A stretch of 64,000 bases of DNA from a virus, in the IMG/VR virus record IMGVR_UViG_3300013132_000028, positions 1 to 64,000 of that record, one strand, 5' to 3'. Below, one piece after another: positions 1 to 9,287 of this stretch. Made by a program: the position numbers and the translations under genes. The first letter of the stretch is position 1. Every line of letters starts with the position of its first letter. The notes below the pieces were generated by a model, which searched no databases, was not told the DNA's origin, and saw only the letters and a list, made by a program, of their open reading frames with translations.

Positions 1-345
1 ACCGGAGCGACTGGTGCCACTGGACCAGCGTTCTACAACTTAGTTGCAGCTCCTCAGGCTAATGCCTATCCGTTGGCTTTAGTTGATGCAACCAGACTGG
101 TGCAGATGACTTCTAACACGCCAGTAAACGTAACAATTCCAACAAACTCCAGCGTTCCGTTTTCAGTAGGAGCACAAATTGTGATAGTGCAAACAGGAAC
201 TGGACAAGTTTCTATTGTACCTGCTAGCGGCGTTAATCTCTATTCTGTCCAAAATAAAAGAAAGCTCTCAGAACAGTACGCGGTTGCCTCTCTGGTAATG
301 TTAGCTGCAGACAGTTGGATTTTAACGGGTAGCTTGGCTTTATAG
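1..345 (+). CDS. Collagen-like tail fibre protein, 3' part (truncated by window start)
   Basis: Frame is open from base 1 (TGATGATGPAFYN...). The C-terminal domain 'VTIPTNSSVPFSVGAQIVIVQTGTGQV...WILTGSL' is typical of phage fibre tips. Confidence 0.7.
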   Translation, partial: TGATGATGPAFYNLVAAPQANAYPLALVDATRLVQMTSNTPVNVTIPTNSSVPFSVGAQIVIVQTGTGQVSIVPASGVNLYSVQNKRKLSEQYAVASLVMLAADSWILTGSLAL

Positions 346-354
346 GAGTCTTAC

Positions 355-1260
355 ATGTTAACAATGTTGCATGGAGTTTTTTCCTCAATAAAGATAGTAA
401 GACCACCAGAAAACTGGACTGTACGCAACGCCGGGTTTGGAACTACAAACATAAACACCCTTGCTTTTGGCAGTAACTCTGGACTGTATTTAGCGGCTGG
501 AGATAGTGCTAAAGTTGCAGTATCTCTTGATACTGTAGTTTGGTACCACAAAACTTCTGGTTTTGGCTCCTCTGCTATTTATGGATCCGCTCACGGAGTA
601 GGTACTTTTGTCATAGCTGGAGCCGCTGGAAAGCTGGCAACTTCCACAAACGGAGAGAATTACACGCTGAGAAGCTCGTCTTTTGGCACTACAGCAATTT
701 TTGACGTGCACTATGGAGATAACATTTTTGTGGCCGTTGGAGCAAACGGAAAACTAGCTACATCTTCAAACGGTATTACATGGACTCAACGTACTTCTAG
801 TTTTGGAAGTACTTTTATTTATGCAGTCTCGTACGGCAACGGTCAGTGGATTGCTGTCGGAGACGGAGGCAAGTTAGCTACCTCTTCCAACGGTATCAAC
901 TGGACCCAGCGAACATCCGGATTTGGAACAACTCGTATTCGTGGAGTAGTTCATAGTTCATCTGTAGGGGCGGTAATAGTAGGTGACGATGGTAAACTAG
1001 CGTCATCTAGTGACGGTATCACTTACACTTTGCGTACCTCTAGCTTTGGGCTAACTAACATAACCGCGGTTGCTGCCGGAAACGACGCATACGTCGCGGT
1101 CGGCTTTAACGGAAAACTGGCCGTTTCTGTGGACAACGGCTTAAACTGGGCACAACAATACGTGGGTGTGGGGCAAAATTGGCTTGCCTGCGCCTCCTTT
1201 GGTCCAGGTGCCTTCGTGGCTGCCGGAGCCGCCGGGCAGCTAAGTTCTTCAATACTATAG
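355..1260 (+). CDS. Beta-propeller (BNR/Asp-box-like repeat) virion or receptor-binding protein
   Basis: About 7 repeats of W/YTxRTSxFGxxxIxxVxxGxxxxVAVGxxGKLAxSxxG; AGGAG RBS upstream. Confidence 0.7.
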   Translation: MLTMLHGVFSSIKIVRPPENWTVRNAGFGTTNINTLAFGSNSGLYLAAGDSAKVAVSLDTVVWYHKTSGFGSSAIYGSAHGVGTFVIAGAAGKLATSTNGENYTLRSSSFGTTAIFDVHYGDNIFVAVGANGKLATSSNGITWTQRTSSFGSTFIYAVSYGNGQWIAVGDGGKLATSSNGINWTQRTSGFGTTRIRGVVHSSSVGAVIVGDDGKLASSSDGITYTLRTSSFGLTNITAVAAGNDAYVAVGFNGKLAVSVDNGLNWAQQYVGVGQNWLACASFGPGAFVAAGAAGQLSSSIL

Positions 1261-1282
1261 AGATACCAGGAGAAAATAAAAA

Positions 1283-1456
1283 ATGAGCTATTCGTACGAA
1301 GTGACAGACAACCCTCCTATGGCAAAAATACAGTCAAACGGACAAACAATAGATTTAAGTGGCCCCTGGGAGTCTACCGAGGCCGCGACAGCCTGGGCAG
1401 AAGCCTACACTAACCAGTTAAATCAAGGACTAGCTACGCCAGAAGCGCAGCAGTAA
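1283..1456 (+). CDS. Small hypothetical protein, 57 aa (not in ORF track), probable fibre accessory
   Basis: ATG 1283 to TAA 1456, MSYSYEVTDNPP...GPWESTEAATAWAEAY...; AGGAG at 1268-1272. Confidence 0.65.
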   Translation: MSYSYEVTDNPPMAKIQSNGQTIDLSGPWESTEAATAWAEAYTNQLNQGLATPEAQQ

Positions 1457-1555
1457 AACAGCGAAAATAGGAGCATTTTGCTTCTGTTCATATTGCATGT
1501 TTACGGTACACTTTGACAACGGCACTTCATCAGTAATTCTTCGCAAGGAGCACAA

Positions 1556-3340
1556 GTGGCAGCAATAGACTTTCCTAACAACCCTAGCGTTGGGCAAGAA
1601 TTTTTTGCTGGCGACACAACTTGGCAGTGGACCGGAGCGTACTGGCGAGTACTTAGAATTACTCCTACAGGACCAACTGGATCAACTGGTCCGACAGGAC
1701 CGGCTGGTAATTTTTCTACAGCAGCAGACACACCGCCTTCAAACGCGGTCTTAGGTCAAGCATGGTTTAATGCAAACACCGGAAAAGTTTATGTGTACTA
1801 CGACGGTTATTGGGTTGAAGTAGGCGCAGCTCCTATAGGACCGACAGGACCGTCTGGCAGTCTTGGTCCAACTGGTCCGACAGGAGCGATCGGCGCTGCT
1901 TCTAACGTAACTGGACCGACTGGCGCACTTGGACCGACAGGACCAACCGGGCCCGCGCAGCCAGGACCGACGGGACCAGTCGGACCAATTGGAAAATTTC
2001 AACCGTCAGACACCGCACCAACATCTGCGCAAATCGGAGACGGTTGGTTTAACACACAAAATTTAAGGCTATACGTTTACGCAGACGGTTACTGGGTTGA
2101 GACGGCAACGGCAAACTTTGGTCCGACGGGACCGACTGGACCGGCTGTCACGGGACCGACTGGAGCAGCTAGCACAGTTCCGGGACCGACTGGTGCAACA
2201 GGCGCGGTTGGAGCAACTGGCCCGACTGGACCGGTGTCAACTGTGCCAGGTCCTACTGGACCGTCTGGCGGACCGACTGGCCCAACAGGCGCGCGTGGTC
2301 CGACGGGACCGACGGGACCGACAGGCGCAGTCTCAACTACGCCAGGACCGACGGGACCGACAGGCGCGGCTGCACCTCAAGTTGAAACCTTTAGAAACAT
2401 AATCATAAACGGAGGAATGCAAGTTGCGCAGCGCGCTGCTACGGCCACGGGCATAACTAGTGCAAGTACCGCCGAGTACTACACCGTTGATCGTTGGAGC
2501 TTTACCGGCGCCGGGTCTTTTGGCACGTGGAGCCTGGAGCAGTCAAACGACGCCCCTCAGTACAACGGCCATAGCAAGTCAATAAAAGCAACTTGTACAA
2601 CCGCTACAGGTCCGCTAAGTGCAAATACTTTTTTGGTTCTACGACAAAAAATAGAAGGAAAAGCCTTGCAGCACCTGTCTAAAGGCAAAGTAGGCTCTAG
2701 AGATTTAAGCATAAGTTTTTGGGTAAAAGCATCTCAGGCTGGTACATATACAGTAGAGCTTTTTGACTATGACAACACCAGACACGTTACAAAAAATTAT
2801 ACGGTAACCACGGCAAATACCTGGGAGCAAAAGTCTATTGGCATTGTTGGTGACTTATCGGGAGTGCTAGACAACGACAATCAAACTTCTATGCACTTAG
2901 CGTTTATGTTACTTGCTGGCACTAATTATACGTCCGGCTCTATTACAAACACCTGGGCTCCAGTAGCCGTGCAAAACACAGCGCCTGAACAAGTAAACGT
3001 AGGCTCTTCTGCGCAAAGCTATCTAGCAGTTACAGGCGTACAGTTCGAAGCAAACACTACTGCCACGCCATTTGAGCATAGAAATCACTCAGTTGAGCTG
3101 GACTTGTGCATGCGCTACTGTGAAAGAAGCGCACAAAATGCCGGCGTTGCTTTGACAGTTGCCTCGGCTGGTTACCCAGGTTTTTACTATAAAGTTAGAA
3201 AAAGAGTGGCACCCAGCATAACTGCCACTTTTACGGTTGGAACCGGTGCAACGTTTTTAGCCACAGAAGATAGTCACGTACAGCTGACCAGTCATTCAAC
3301 TGCGGCACGATACAGCTTTTTAGCGGAGGCAGAACTATGA
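1556..3340 (+). CDS. Collagen-like (Gly-Pro-Thr) tail fibre with C-terminal jelly-roll/CBM-like domain
   Basis: N-terminal IDFPNNP module; GPT runs; two 'GxxWFNxxxxxxYVYxDGYWVE' modules; '[14 protein letters not shown]...GVQFE...TPFEHR...ELxLCxRY' fibre-tip signature; AAGGAG RBS. Confidence 0.8.
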   Translation: MAAIDFPNNPSVGQEFFAGDTTWQWTGAYWRVLRITPTGPTGSTGPTGPAGNFSTAADTPPSNAVLGQAWFNANTGKVYVYYDGYWVEVGAAPIGPTGPSGSLGPTGPTGAIGAASNVTGPTGALGPTGPTGPAQPGPTGPVGPIGKFQPSDTAPTSAQIGDGWFNTQNLRLYVYADGYWVETATANFGPTGPTGPAVTGPTGAASTVPGPTGATGAVGATGPTGPVSTVPGPTGPSGGPTGPTGARGPTGPTGPTGAVSTTPGPTGPTGAAAPQVETFRNIIINGGMQVAQRAATATGITSASTAEYYTVDRWSFTGAGSFGTWSLEQSNDAPQYNGHSKSIKATCTTATGPLSANTFLVLRQKIEGKALQHLSKGKVGSRDLSISFWVKASQAGTYTVELFDYDNTRHVTKNYTVTTANTWEQKSIGIVGDLSGVLDNDNQTSMHLAFMLLAGTNYTSGSITNTWAPVAVQNTAPEQVNVGSSAQSYLAVTGVQFEANTTATPFEHRNHSVELDLCMRYCERSAQNAGVALTVASAGYPGFYYKVRKRVAPSITATFTVGTGATFLATEDSHVQLTSHSTAARYSFLAEAEL

Positions 3341-3513
3341 GCTATTTTTTACACAATGATGCCAATTTTGGAGCAGTAATAATGCGTGTAAATCAGGATA
3401 ATTCCATAACGTGCATTCCAACAGACGAAAACAATGTAGACTACGTCTTGTACAAAGCCTGGCAAGCAGCAGGCAACACTGCAACCACGTGGTCAGAGCA
3501 GAGCGGAGAGTAG
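3337..3513 (+). CDS. Small fibre-associated protein, 58 aa (not in ORF track)
   Basis: ATGA overlap with upstream stop. '[21 protein letters not shown]' matches the IPxDxxNxDYxxYxxW motif commonly found after such fibres. Confidence 0.7.
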   Translation: MSYFLHNDANFGAVIMRVNQDNSITCIPTDENNVDYVLYKAWQAAGNTATTWSEQSGE

Positions 3514-3516
3514 CAC

Positions 3517-4710
3517 ATGCCATACGACTTTCCCGACTCTCCTTCGGTAGGACAGTCAGTAATAGTAGACTCAAAGCGCTACGTGTGGACTGGTGCTGCT
3601 TGGAACGTAGACTACAGCACTGGCCCAGAAGGACCAACTGGTCCAACGGGAGCAGTAGGCTCGACGGGACCGACTGGACCAGAAGCTTCCATAAACGCAG
3701 TGGCACCGTTGTTGTTCAACAACACCACACGAGAGCTGTCTGCGCCGACAATTACTACTTTAACACAGGCTGCAGAAATAGCAGCAGTAGCTGCTGCAGC
3801 AGCTATTGCAACGCACAACGCAGATCACGAAGATGTACACGGTATTCCAGCTACCTATGAGCTAGAAACACAGGTAGGAGCGCAAGATAAGGCAACAGCA
3901 ACGGCAGATGCAAAAGTAGCGGCGCACAACGCTTTAACAACTAATATACATGGCATTGCAGACACAAATGCGCTTGCAACAGAGGCAGAGGCGCTAACAA
4001 TAGCCACAAACGAAGCCGCGGCCCAGATCGAGACACACAGAATAGACACCACAGACGTGCACGGCATTTCAAACTCTGCTAACTTGGTATACCGGTCAGA
4101 TGGCATCATAAAAACAGCAACGGGCGCTGCTATTAGTCCGTACGACATCGGTTCTCTGTCGTTAGACGCTCTGTACGGCTACCAACACATGAGCAGAGAC
4201 CACCTAGACTTAGCGCCTCGTAGATTTAACAGCCAGGTGAGCTTAGTTTCTGGAGTGTGTTGGTTTCACTACTTTACGCCGTTAGTAAACAAAACAGTCA
4301 CCAGCATAATGATTGTAGGCGGTAACCCAGCCGCAGCTAATCCATCTATGATTAGATTTGCACTGTATACCGCTGATGAAAATGATTCGTTGACTATGGT
4401 CGCCAGAACAGCAAATCAACTTTCTCTGTTTGAATTCACAAACTCATACAATACCGGCGCATTTGTTGCAGGTGGCGGCTTTCCGAATTCGTACAACTTA
4501 GTTGCAGGCACCAGATACGCACTCGGTGTTATATTTGTCGGTTCAGTGGCTCCCGGCGTGTACCTGGCGTACAACAACCCGCCGGTAACGTTGACATCGC
4601 TGGCCCCACGCATAACTTCGGCAATCGGCGCACAGACAGACCTACCAACTACTGTCGACTACACAACTTTCAGTAACACTACCATCGGTATTTGGGCGAG
4701 GTTAATCTAA
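3517..4710 (+). CDS. Tail fibre-like protein with short collagen segment and His repeats
   Basis: N-terminal YDFPDSP module, GPT run, three Hx7HGI repeats, C-terminal beta domain. Confidence 0.7.
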   Translation: MPYDFPDSPSVGQSVIVDSKRYVWTGAAWNVDYSTGPEGPTGPTGAVGSTGPTGPEASINAVAPLLFNNTTRELSAPTITTLTQAAEIAAVAAAAAIATHNADHEDVHGIPATYELETQVGAQDKATATADAKVAAHNALTTNIHGIADTNALATEAEALTIATNEAAAQIETHRIDTTDVHGISNSANLVYRSDGIIKTATGAAISPYDIGSLSLDALYGYQHMSRDHLDLAPRRFNSQVSLVSGVCWFHYFTPLVNKTVTSIMIVGGNPAAANPSMIRFALYTADENDSLTMVARTANQLSLFEFTNSYNTGAFVAGGGFPNSYNLVAGTRYALGVIFVGSVAPGVYLAYNNPPVTLTSLAPRITSAIGAQTDLPTTVDYTTFSNTTIGIWARLI

Positions 4711-5156
4711 TGGCAATCGATTTTCCTAATAGTCCGGCAATAAATCAAACCCACACGGCGAACGGTCAGACCTGGAAGTGGTCTGGCGTTGCCTGGGACC
4801 TAGTAGTAGTTCCGTTAGTAGGACCGACCGGCTCGGCAGGAGTGCAGGGACCGACCGGACCGCTCGGACCTACTGGTCCGACTGGACCAATTGGTCTTTC
4901 TGGACCGTTTACAACAATACAAGGACAGTTCTCGTCGTTGGCGGCTTTACTGGCCGCGCACCCCACCGGAGAGGCGGGCGAGGCCTACGTTTTGACAAAC
5001 GGAGACTTGTACGTTTGGGTAGTGAGCACAAATCAGTGGGATAATGTAGGCAATACACTAGGCGCCACCGGACCGACCGGACCAATAGGCTTGCCTGGAC
5101 CGATTGGACCGCAAGGCACTGCTAACTTTTCAGTGTCCTGGTGGTTGGGAGGATAA
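4710..5156 (+). CDS. Short collagen-like virion protein
   Basis: Likely start ATG 4710 overlapping the upstream TAA; MAIDFPNSP module, GPT repeats. Confidence 0.7.
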   Translation: MAIDFPNSPAINQTHTANGQTWKWSGVAWDLVVVPLVGPTGSAGVQGPTGPLGPTGPTGPIGLSGPFTTIQGQFSSLAALLAAHPTGEAGEAYVLTNGDLYVWVVSTNQWDNVGNTLGATGPTGPIGLPGPIGPQGTANFSVSWWLGG

Positions 5157-5159
5157 AAC

Positions 5160-5489
5160 ATGACAGCTAGCATTAAAAGACTGGCCATTGCAAACCCAAT
5201 CGCTGGCGCAACCGGCAGCAAAATCTTTGACTCAGACAGCGAGCACTTGGTTTCTGTGATAGTAACAAACAAATCCGCAGTCGTAGCCACCTTTTCTATC
5301 TGGGCAGCACCAGGAGGAGTAAACACCGAGTCCGGAAGAGGTTACATAGCAAAGGACCAGTACTCTGCGCCCGCTAACTCGTTTGAAACATTTAGATTTC
5401 CACTCAACACCGACGACGACTTATATGTTGCTGCCTCGACTGCCGACCTGTCCTTTACAGTGGTCGGCGTAGACCAGTTAGACCTATAA
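5160..5489 (+). CDS. Small beta-sandwich virion protein (hypothetical)
   Basis: GGAGG RBS, tight operon packing, beta-rich sequence. Confidence 0.55.
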   Translation: MTASIKRLAIANPIAGATGSKIFDSDSEHLVSVIVTNKSAVVATFSIWAAPGGVNTESGRGYIAKDQYSAPANSFETFRFPLNTDDDLYVAASTADLSFTVVGVDQLDL

Positions 5490-5513
5490 AAGTAGACAAA
5501 AGGAGACACACAG

Positions 5514-5876
5514 ATGCCAGGGTATAGCACCAGCACCATGGAAGGCAGCCAGAGAACCATCAAACACACCAACGCCGGTGGCTCAGACTTTGCAGCAGTA
5601 TACCTACCACCGGTGCGCGCCAAAGTGCAGAGCATACAGCTAACCAACCGGACAGGTGGAGCCCTACCGGTGTCAATAAAGGTGGTTCCACGCAGCAGCA
5701 TCAACTTCGACACTGACGGTTTCTACGTGTGTAATCAGGCTCGAGTGCCGGGCGGAGAGACAATAAGCCCTGTAAAACTTGGTATTATCATCGAGGTTAC
5801 AGAGCAGCTAGTACTGCAAAGCCCTGTGGCATCCAGTATAGACGCAGTAATAACGTCCTCGGAAGGTGTGATCTAA
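5514..5876 (+). CDS. Small beta-sandwich virion protein (hypothetical)
   Basis: AAGGAG RBS; pattern similar to the preceding gene. Confidence 0.55.
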   Translation: MPGYSTSTMEGSQRTIKHTNAGGSDFAAVYLPPVRAKVQSIQLTNRTGGALPVSIKVVPRSSINFDTDGFYVCNQARVPGGETISPVKLGIIIEVTEQLVLQSPVASSIDAVITSSEGVI

Positions 5877-6124
5877 TGCCAGCTCCAGATTACTATAATT
5901 TGGAACAAGTTCCAGACACAGTTTTCTACGGGTTTAGACTTGACTGGGCAACCGGCAAACTGAGCCTAGAGAAAGTAGACCCCACAGACCCTACAGTCGT
6001 GAGCCTACCAGACACTTACGCAAAGAGGAAAAACGACTACGTACAGTGGACGTTTACAAAGAACACTTTGCGGTTTTTATGGAATAATTCAGACTCAAGT
6101 CATCTTTTGGTGGAGGTACTCTAA
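5876..6124 (+). CDS. Hypothetical protein
   Basis: TAATG overlap with upstream stop; FYGFRLD motif resembles the FFGLKVD end of the next protein. Confidence 0.55.
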   Translation: MPAPDYYNLEQVPDTVFYGFRLDWATGKLSLEKVDPTDPTVVSLPDTYAKRKNDYVQWTFTKNTLRFLWNNSDSSHLLVEVL

Positions 6125-9100
6125 GTGGCACAGATACTAGATTTAGGTAAGCTTCGTTTTGACTTTGTAGGAGACTACAACGCCTTAACGACATACGAGA
6201 GAAATGACGTCGTCAAGTACGGCGGCAATGTATACGTTTACATTAACTCCACTAACGCTGCCGGCAACCTCCCAACGGCAACCACTCACTGGTCACTCAT
6301 GGTCGAGGGCATTAACTTCAGAGGCGCATTTGACCCAGCCGTTGCATACATAATCGGTGACGTAGTTGCCTTCGGCGGCGCTGCATTTATCTGCACGCTT
6401 AACACTACAGCCGGAACGCTACCCACGGTATCCGCTAACTGGGAAAAGTTTATCGACGGCATACAGTTCGAGGGTGCGTACAGCAACACCACTAGCTATC
6501 AAAAAAATGACGTAGTTACTTACGGAGCACGCACTTTTATTGCTAAGCAAGTAACCGTTGGCAACCTACCGACCGACACCGCCAACTGGGATTTATTCTC
6601 AGACGGACTAGCTTCCGCCGGAGAGTGGAACGCAACCACTAATTTCAAAAAGAACGACATAGTCACTTTTGGAGGCGTCGCGTACATCGCACTTCGCGAC
6701 ACTGTAAACGACAGCCCAGACACGAGCAACTCCGACTGGATGGTTTTCTTCGAGGGACTCCGCCTACGCGGCAACTGGACAACCGGCACAGTCTACTACC
6801 CAAGAGATCTGGTCTCAAGAGGTGCCTACCTATACGTAGCTACCGCTAAACACACTGCCGCTGCAACCTTCGCAGCAGACTTGACCACAAAGTGGTCGAC
6901 AATCACGTCAGGCTTCAGGTGGAGGGGTTCCTGGGGACCAGGAGTGTCCTACTTCCGCGGCGACGTAGTAACAGACGGTAACTCCTCGTACATCGCTAAC
7001 TCAGACTTTAACTCGGGCGTCACTACAATTCTCGACGACGCCGACTGGACAGTAATTGCACAAGGTGCAGACTACCTACCGGCCCAAGTTAGTAACGCAA
7101 ACAAGCTGCTCACAACGAACGCAACTGACCCACTGTGGACTGACGACATTGACATCAACAGCGCCAAACTAGACACTAGTCTTATCATCGGCGGCACCGC
7201 CGCTGCGACCTTCGACAGTGCTCTAACTAATCCCGTAGTCACAATTGTTCGAAACTTTACACAGGACTACGCACAGGTCTCCTTCAAGAACACAGGCAAT
7301 AACACGGAGTCTTCTACCGACTTCATTGCGTACACAAACAACGGCAACGATGAAGAAGGCTTCATCGACATGGGTATTACAGCTGCCGCCTTCTCGACAG
7401 CAGAGTTTGGCATCACCGGACCACACGACGGCTACATCTTCATGGAGGCCCCAACCGGCAGTACTGGAAACGGTGACTTAGTCCTAGCAACTGGCGACAA
7501 GGGTACGCGCAACGCCATCGTCTTTGCAGCCGGCGGCTTCTCGAGCGGCACGGAGCAGATGACCATCATCCCAGAAGAGGCAGTCCACATCGAAATCGAC
7601 ACCGAGTCCACCACTCCTCAAACTGGTGCTCTCACTGTCGCCGGAGGCGTGGGCATCGTCGGTAACCTCAACGTAAACGGTGACGTAAAGATCAACGGTG
7701 ACATAAGCCTCACTGGCTTGGAGTTCTTGGCTGTCGGTAACGGCGCGCTCGAATTTGCTGATACACTGATAAATCCGGTTACAGTGTTCCAGATCGACGC
7801 AGACGACAACTACGCACAGGTCGCCTTTAAGAACATCGGCACAGGTCCAAACGTCTCTTCTGACTTCATCGCGTACGCAAACAACGGCAATGACAACGCC
7901 GGATACATCGACATGGGTATCACAGGCGCCCAGTTCAATGACCCTGCATTTACCATCACGGGAGTAAACGACGGCTACATCTTCATGGAAGCTCCAGTCG
8001 GCACCACCGGCCGCGGCGACCTTGTATTTGCTACCAGCAACAACGGTACGCGCAACGGCATCGTCTTTGCAGCCGGCGGTCTAGCCAGCGACAACGAGCA
8101 GATGACTATTATTCCTGACCAAAGTGTTCACGTAGAAATTGCAACTCAGTCAAGCTCGCCTACCAACGGCGCTTTGACTGTAGTAGGTGGTATTGGTCTA
8201 CAAGGTAACCTAAACGTCGGCGGCAACGTCGGCGTCGTCGGTAACGTTGATATTCAGGGTCAAATCACAATTGCAGGAAGTGGTACCACCTTTGATACCG
8301 CCAACCTCGCCGTCGTCGACCCAATGATCTACGTCGCTCAGGGCAACCCAGACGACGTGATCGACTTTGCTCTTGTCGGCGAAGAGGCCGTAGACCTTCC
8401 GACCCCACTCGTAGCTACAATTACAAACCGAGCTCTGTCCAGCGACGAAGTCACAATTACTACGGCCGCTGCCCACACTTTCCAGGTAGGTGACTACACG
8501 GTAATTGCCGGCGTGACCGGCGCCAGCGCGGCCGTATTCAACGGTACGCACCGCATCACCGCGACGCCAACCGATACCACTTTCCGCTTTGCCAAAGTAA
8601 ACGCCAACGTCGCCAGTGCAGCCACCGCCGGCACGGCCACAGTCTCCGCCAGGGCGCAGTACGCAGGTATTGCACGAGATGCGACAGACAAAAAGTTCAA
8701 GCTGTTTGACGGTGTAGACACAAAGCCGGCGAGCACGGTCAACTTTGGTGAGGCTACTTACTCGACCCTTGTTTTAGGAACAGTTGAAGCTAGTACAGGA
8801 ATAACTGTTAACGGCTCTGCTGTAATAACAAAGAACGTATTAACCGCAAAAGGCGACCTAATCGTGGCCTCTGCTGCAGACACGTCTACTCGTCTACCGG
8901 TCGGCACAAACAACACCTTCGTGCAGGCCGACAGCACCACCGCCTCTGGACTTAAGTACACCAGCCTGGCCACAGACAAGGTCCTCGGCGCCATCACACT
9001 GGGCACTTCCTCGGCCAGACCGTCTGCACCAGCAGCTGGTCAGTTCACGTACGAGACCGACACCCAGAGTCTGCTACGCTATACCGGTACCGCCTGGCGC

Positions 9101-9274
9101 AAGCTGGGACCGGTGTTTTTCGGCCTGAAGGTTGACGAAAACGGCAACCTATTAGCAGAAATAGGTGCAGATAATGCAAGCTATTCAACCAACAACTTCC
9201 AGGACTATGCTATACTTCCTGATGAAGTAGCTGTACAAGTAAACTCAGCAGGCGAGCTCCTGCTGATCTCATAG
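6125..9274 (+). CDS. Large fibre/hub protein with CBM5/12-like repeats and an internal duplication
   Basis: About 6 N-terminal repeats GxW/YxxxTxYxxxDxVxxGGxxY; two ~180-aa tandem copies; beta-domain 'TITTAAAHTFQVGD'; 'AKGDLIV...TRLPVG' motif. Confidence 0.75.
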   Translation: MAQILDLGKLRFDFVGDYNALTTYERNDVVKYGGNVYVYINSTNAAGNLPTATTHWSLMVEGINFRGAFDPAVAYIIGDVVAFGGAAFICTLNTTAGTLPTVSANWEKFIDGIQFEGAYSNTTSYQKNDVVTYGARTFIAKQVTVGNLPTDTANWDLFSDGLASAGEWNATTNFKKNDIVTFGGVAYIALRDTVNDSPDTSNSDWMVFFEGLRLRGNWTTGTVYYPRDLVSRGAYLYVATAKHTAAATFAADLTTKWSTITSGFRWRGSWGPGVSYFRGDVVTDGNSSYIANSDFNSGVTTILDDADWTVIAQGADYLPAQVSNANKLLTTNATDPLWTDDIDINSAKLDTSLIIGGTAAATFDSALTNPVVTIVRNFTQDYAQVSFKNTGNNTESSTDFIAYTNNGNDEEGFIDMGITAAAFSTAEFGITGPHDGYIFMEAPTGSTGNGDLVLATGDKGTRNAIVFAAGGFSSGTEQMTIIPEEAVHIEIDTESTTPQTGALTVAGGVGIVGNLNVNGDVKINGDISLTGLEFLAVGNGALEFADTLINPVTVFQIDADDNYAQVAFKNIGTGPNVSSDFIAYANNGNDNAGYIDMGITGAQFNDPAFTITGVNDGYIFMEAPVGTTGRGDLVFATSNNGTRNGIVFAAGGLASDNEQMTIIPDQSVHVEIATQSSSPTNGALTVVGGIGLQGNLNVGGNVGVVGNVDIQGQITIAGSGTTFDTANLAVVDPMIYVAQGNPDDVIDFALVGEEAVDLPTPLVATITNRALSSDEVTITTAAAHTFQVGDYTVIAGVTGASAAVFNGTHRITATPTDTTFRFAKVNANVASAATAGTATVSARAQYAGIARDATDKKFKLFDGVDTKPASTVNFGEATYSTLVLGTVEASTGITVNGSAVITKNVLTAKGDLIVASAADTSTRLPVGTNNTFVQADSTTASGLKYTSLATDKVLGAITLGTSSARPSAPAAGQFTYETDTQSLLRYTGTAWRKLGPVFFGLKVDENGNLLAEIGADNASYSTNNFQDYAILPDEVAVQVNSAGELLLIS
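7220..8225 (+). repeat. Internal tandem duplication (~540 bp period) within the 1049-aa gene
   Basis: Matching DNA segments, e.g. tacgcacaggtc at 7268 and 7811, gacggctacatcttcatgga, catcgtctttgcagccggcgg; protein copies YAQVxFKN...GNLNVxG. Confidence 0.85.
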
Positions 9275-9287
9275 GAAAAGGATAACG

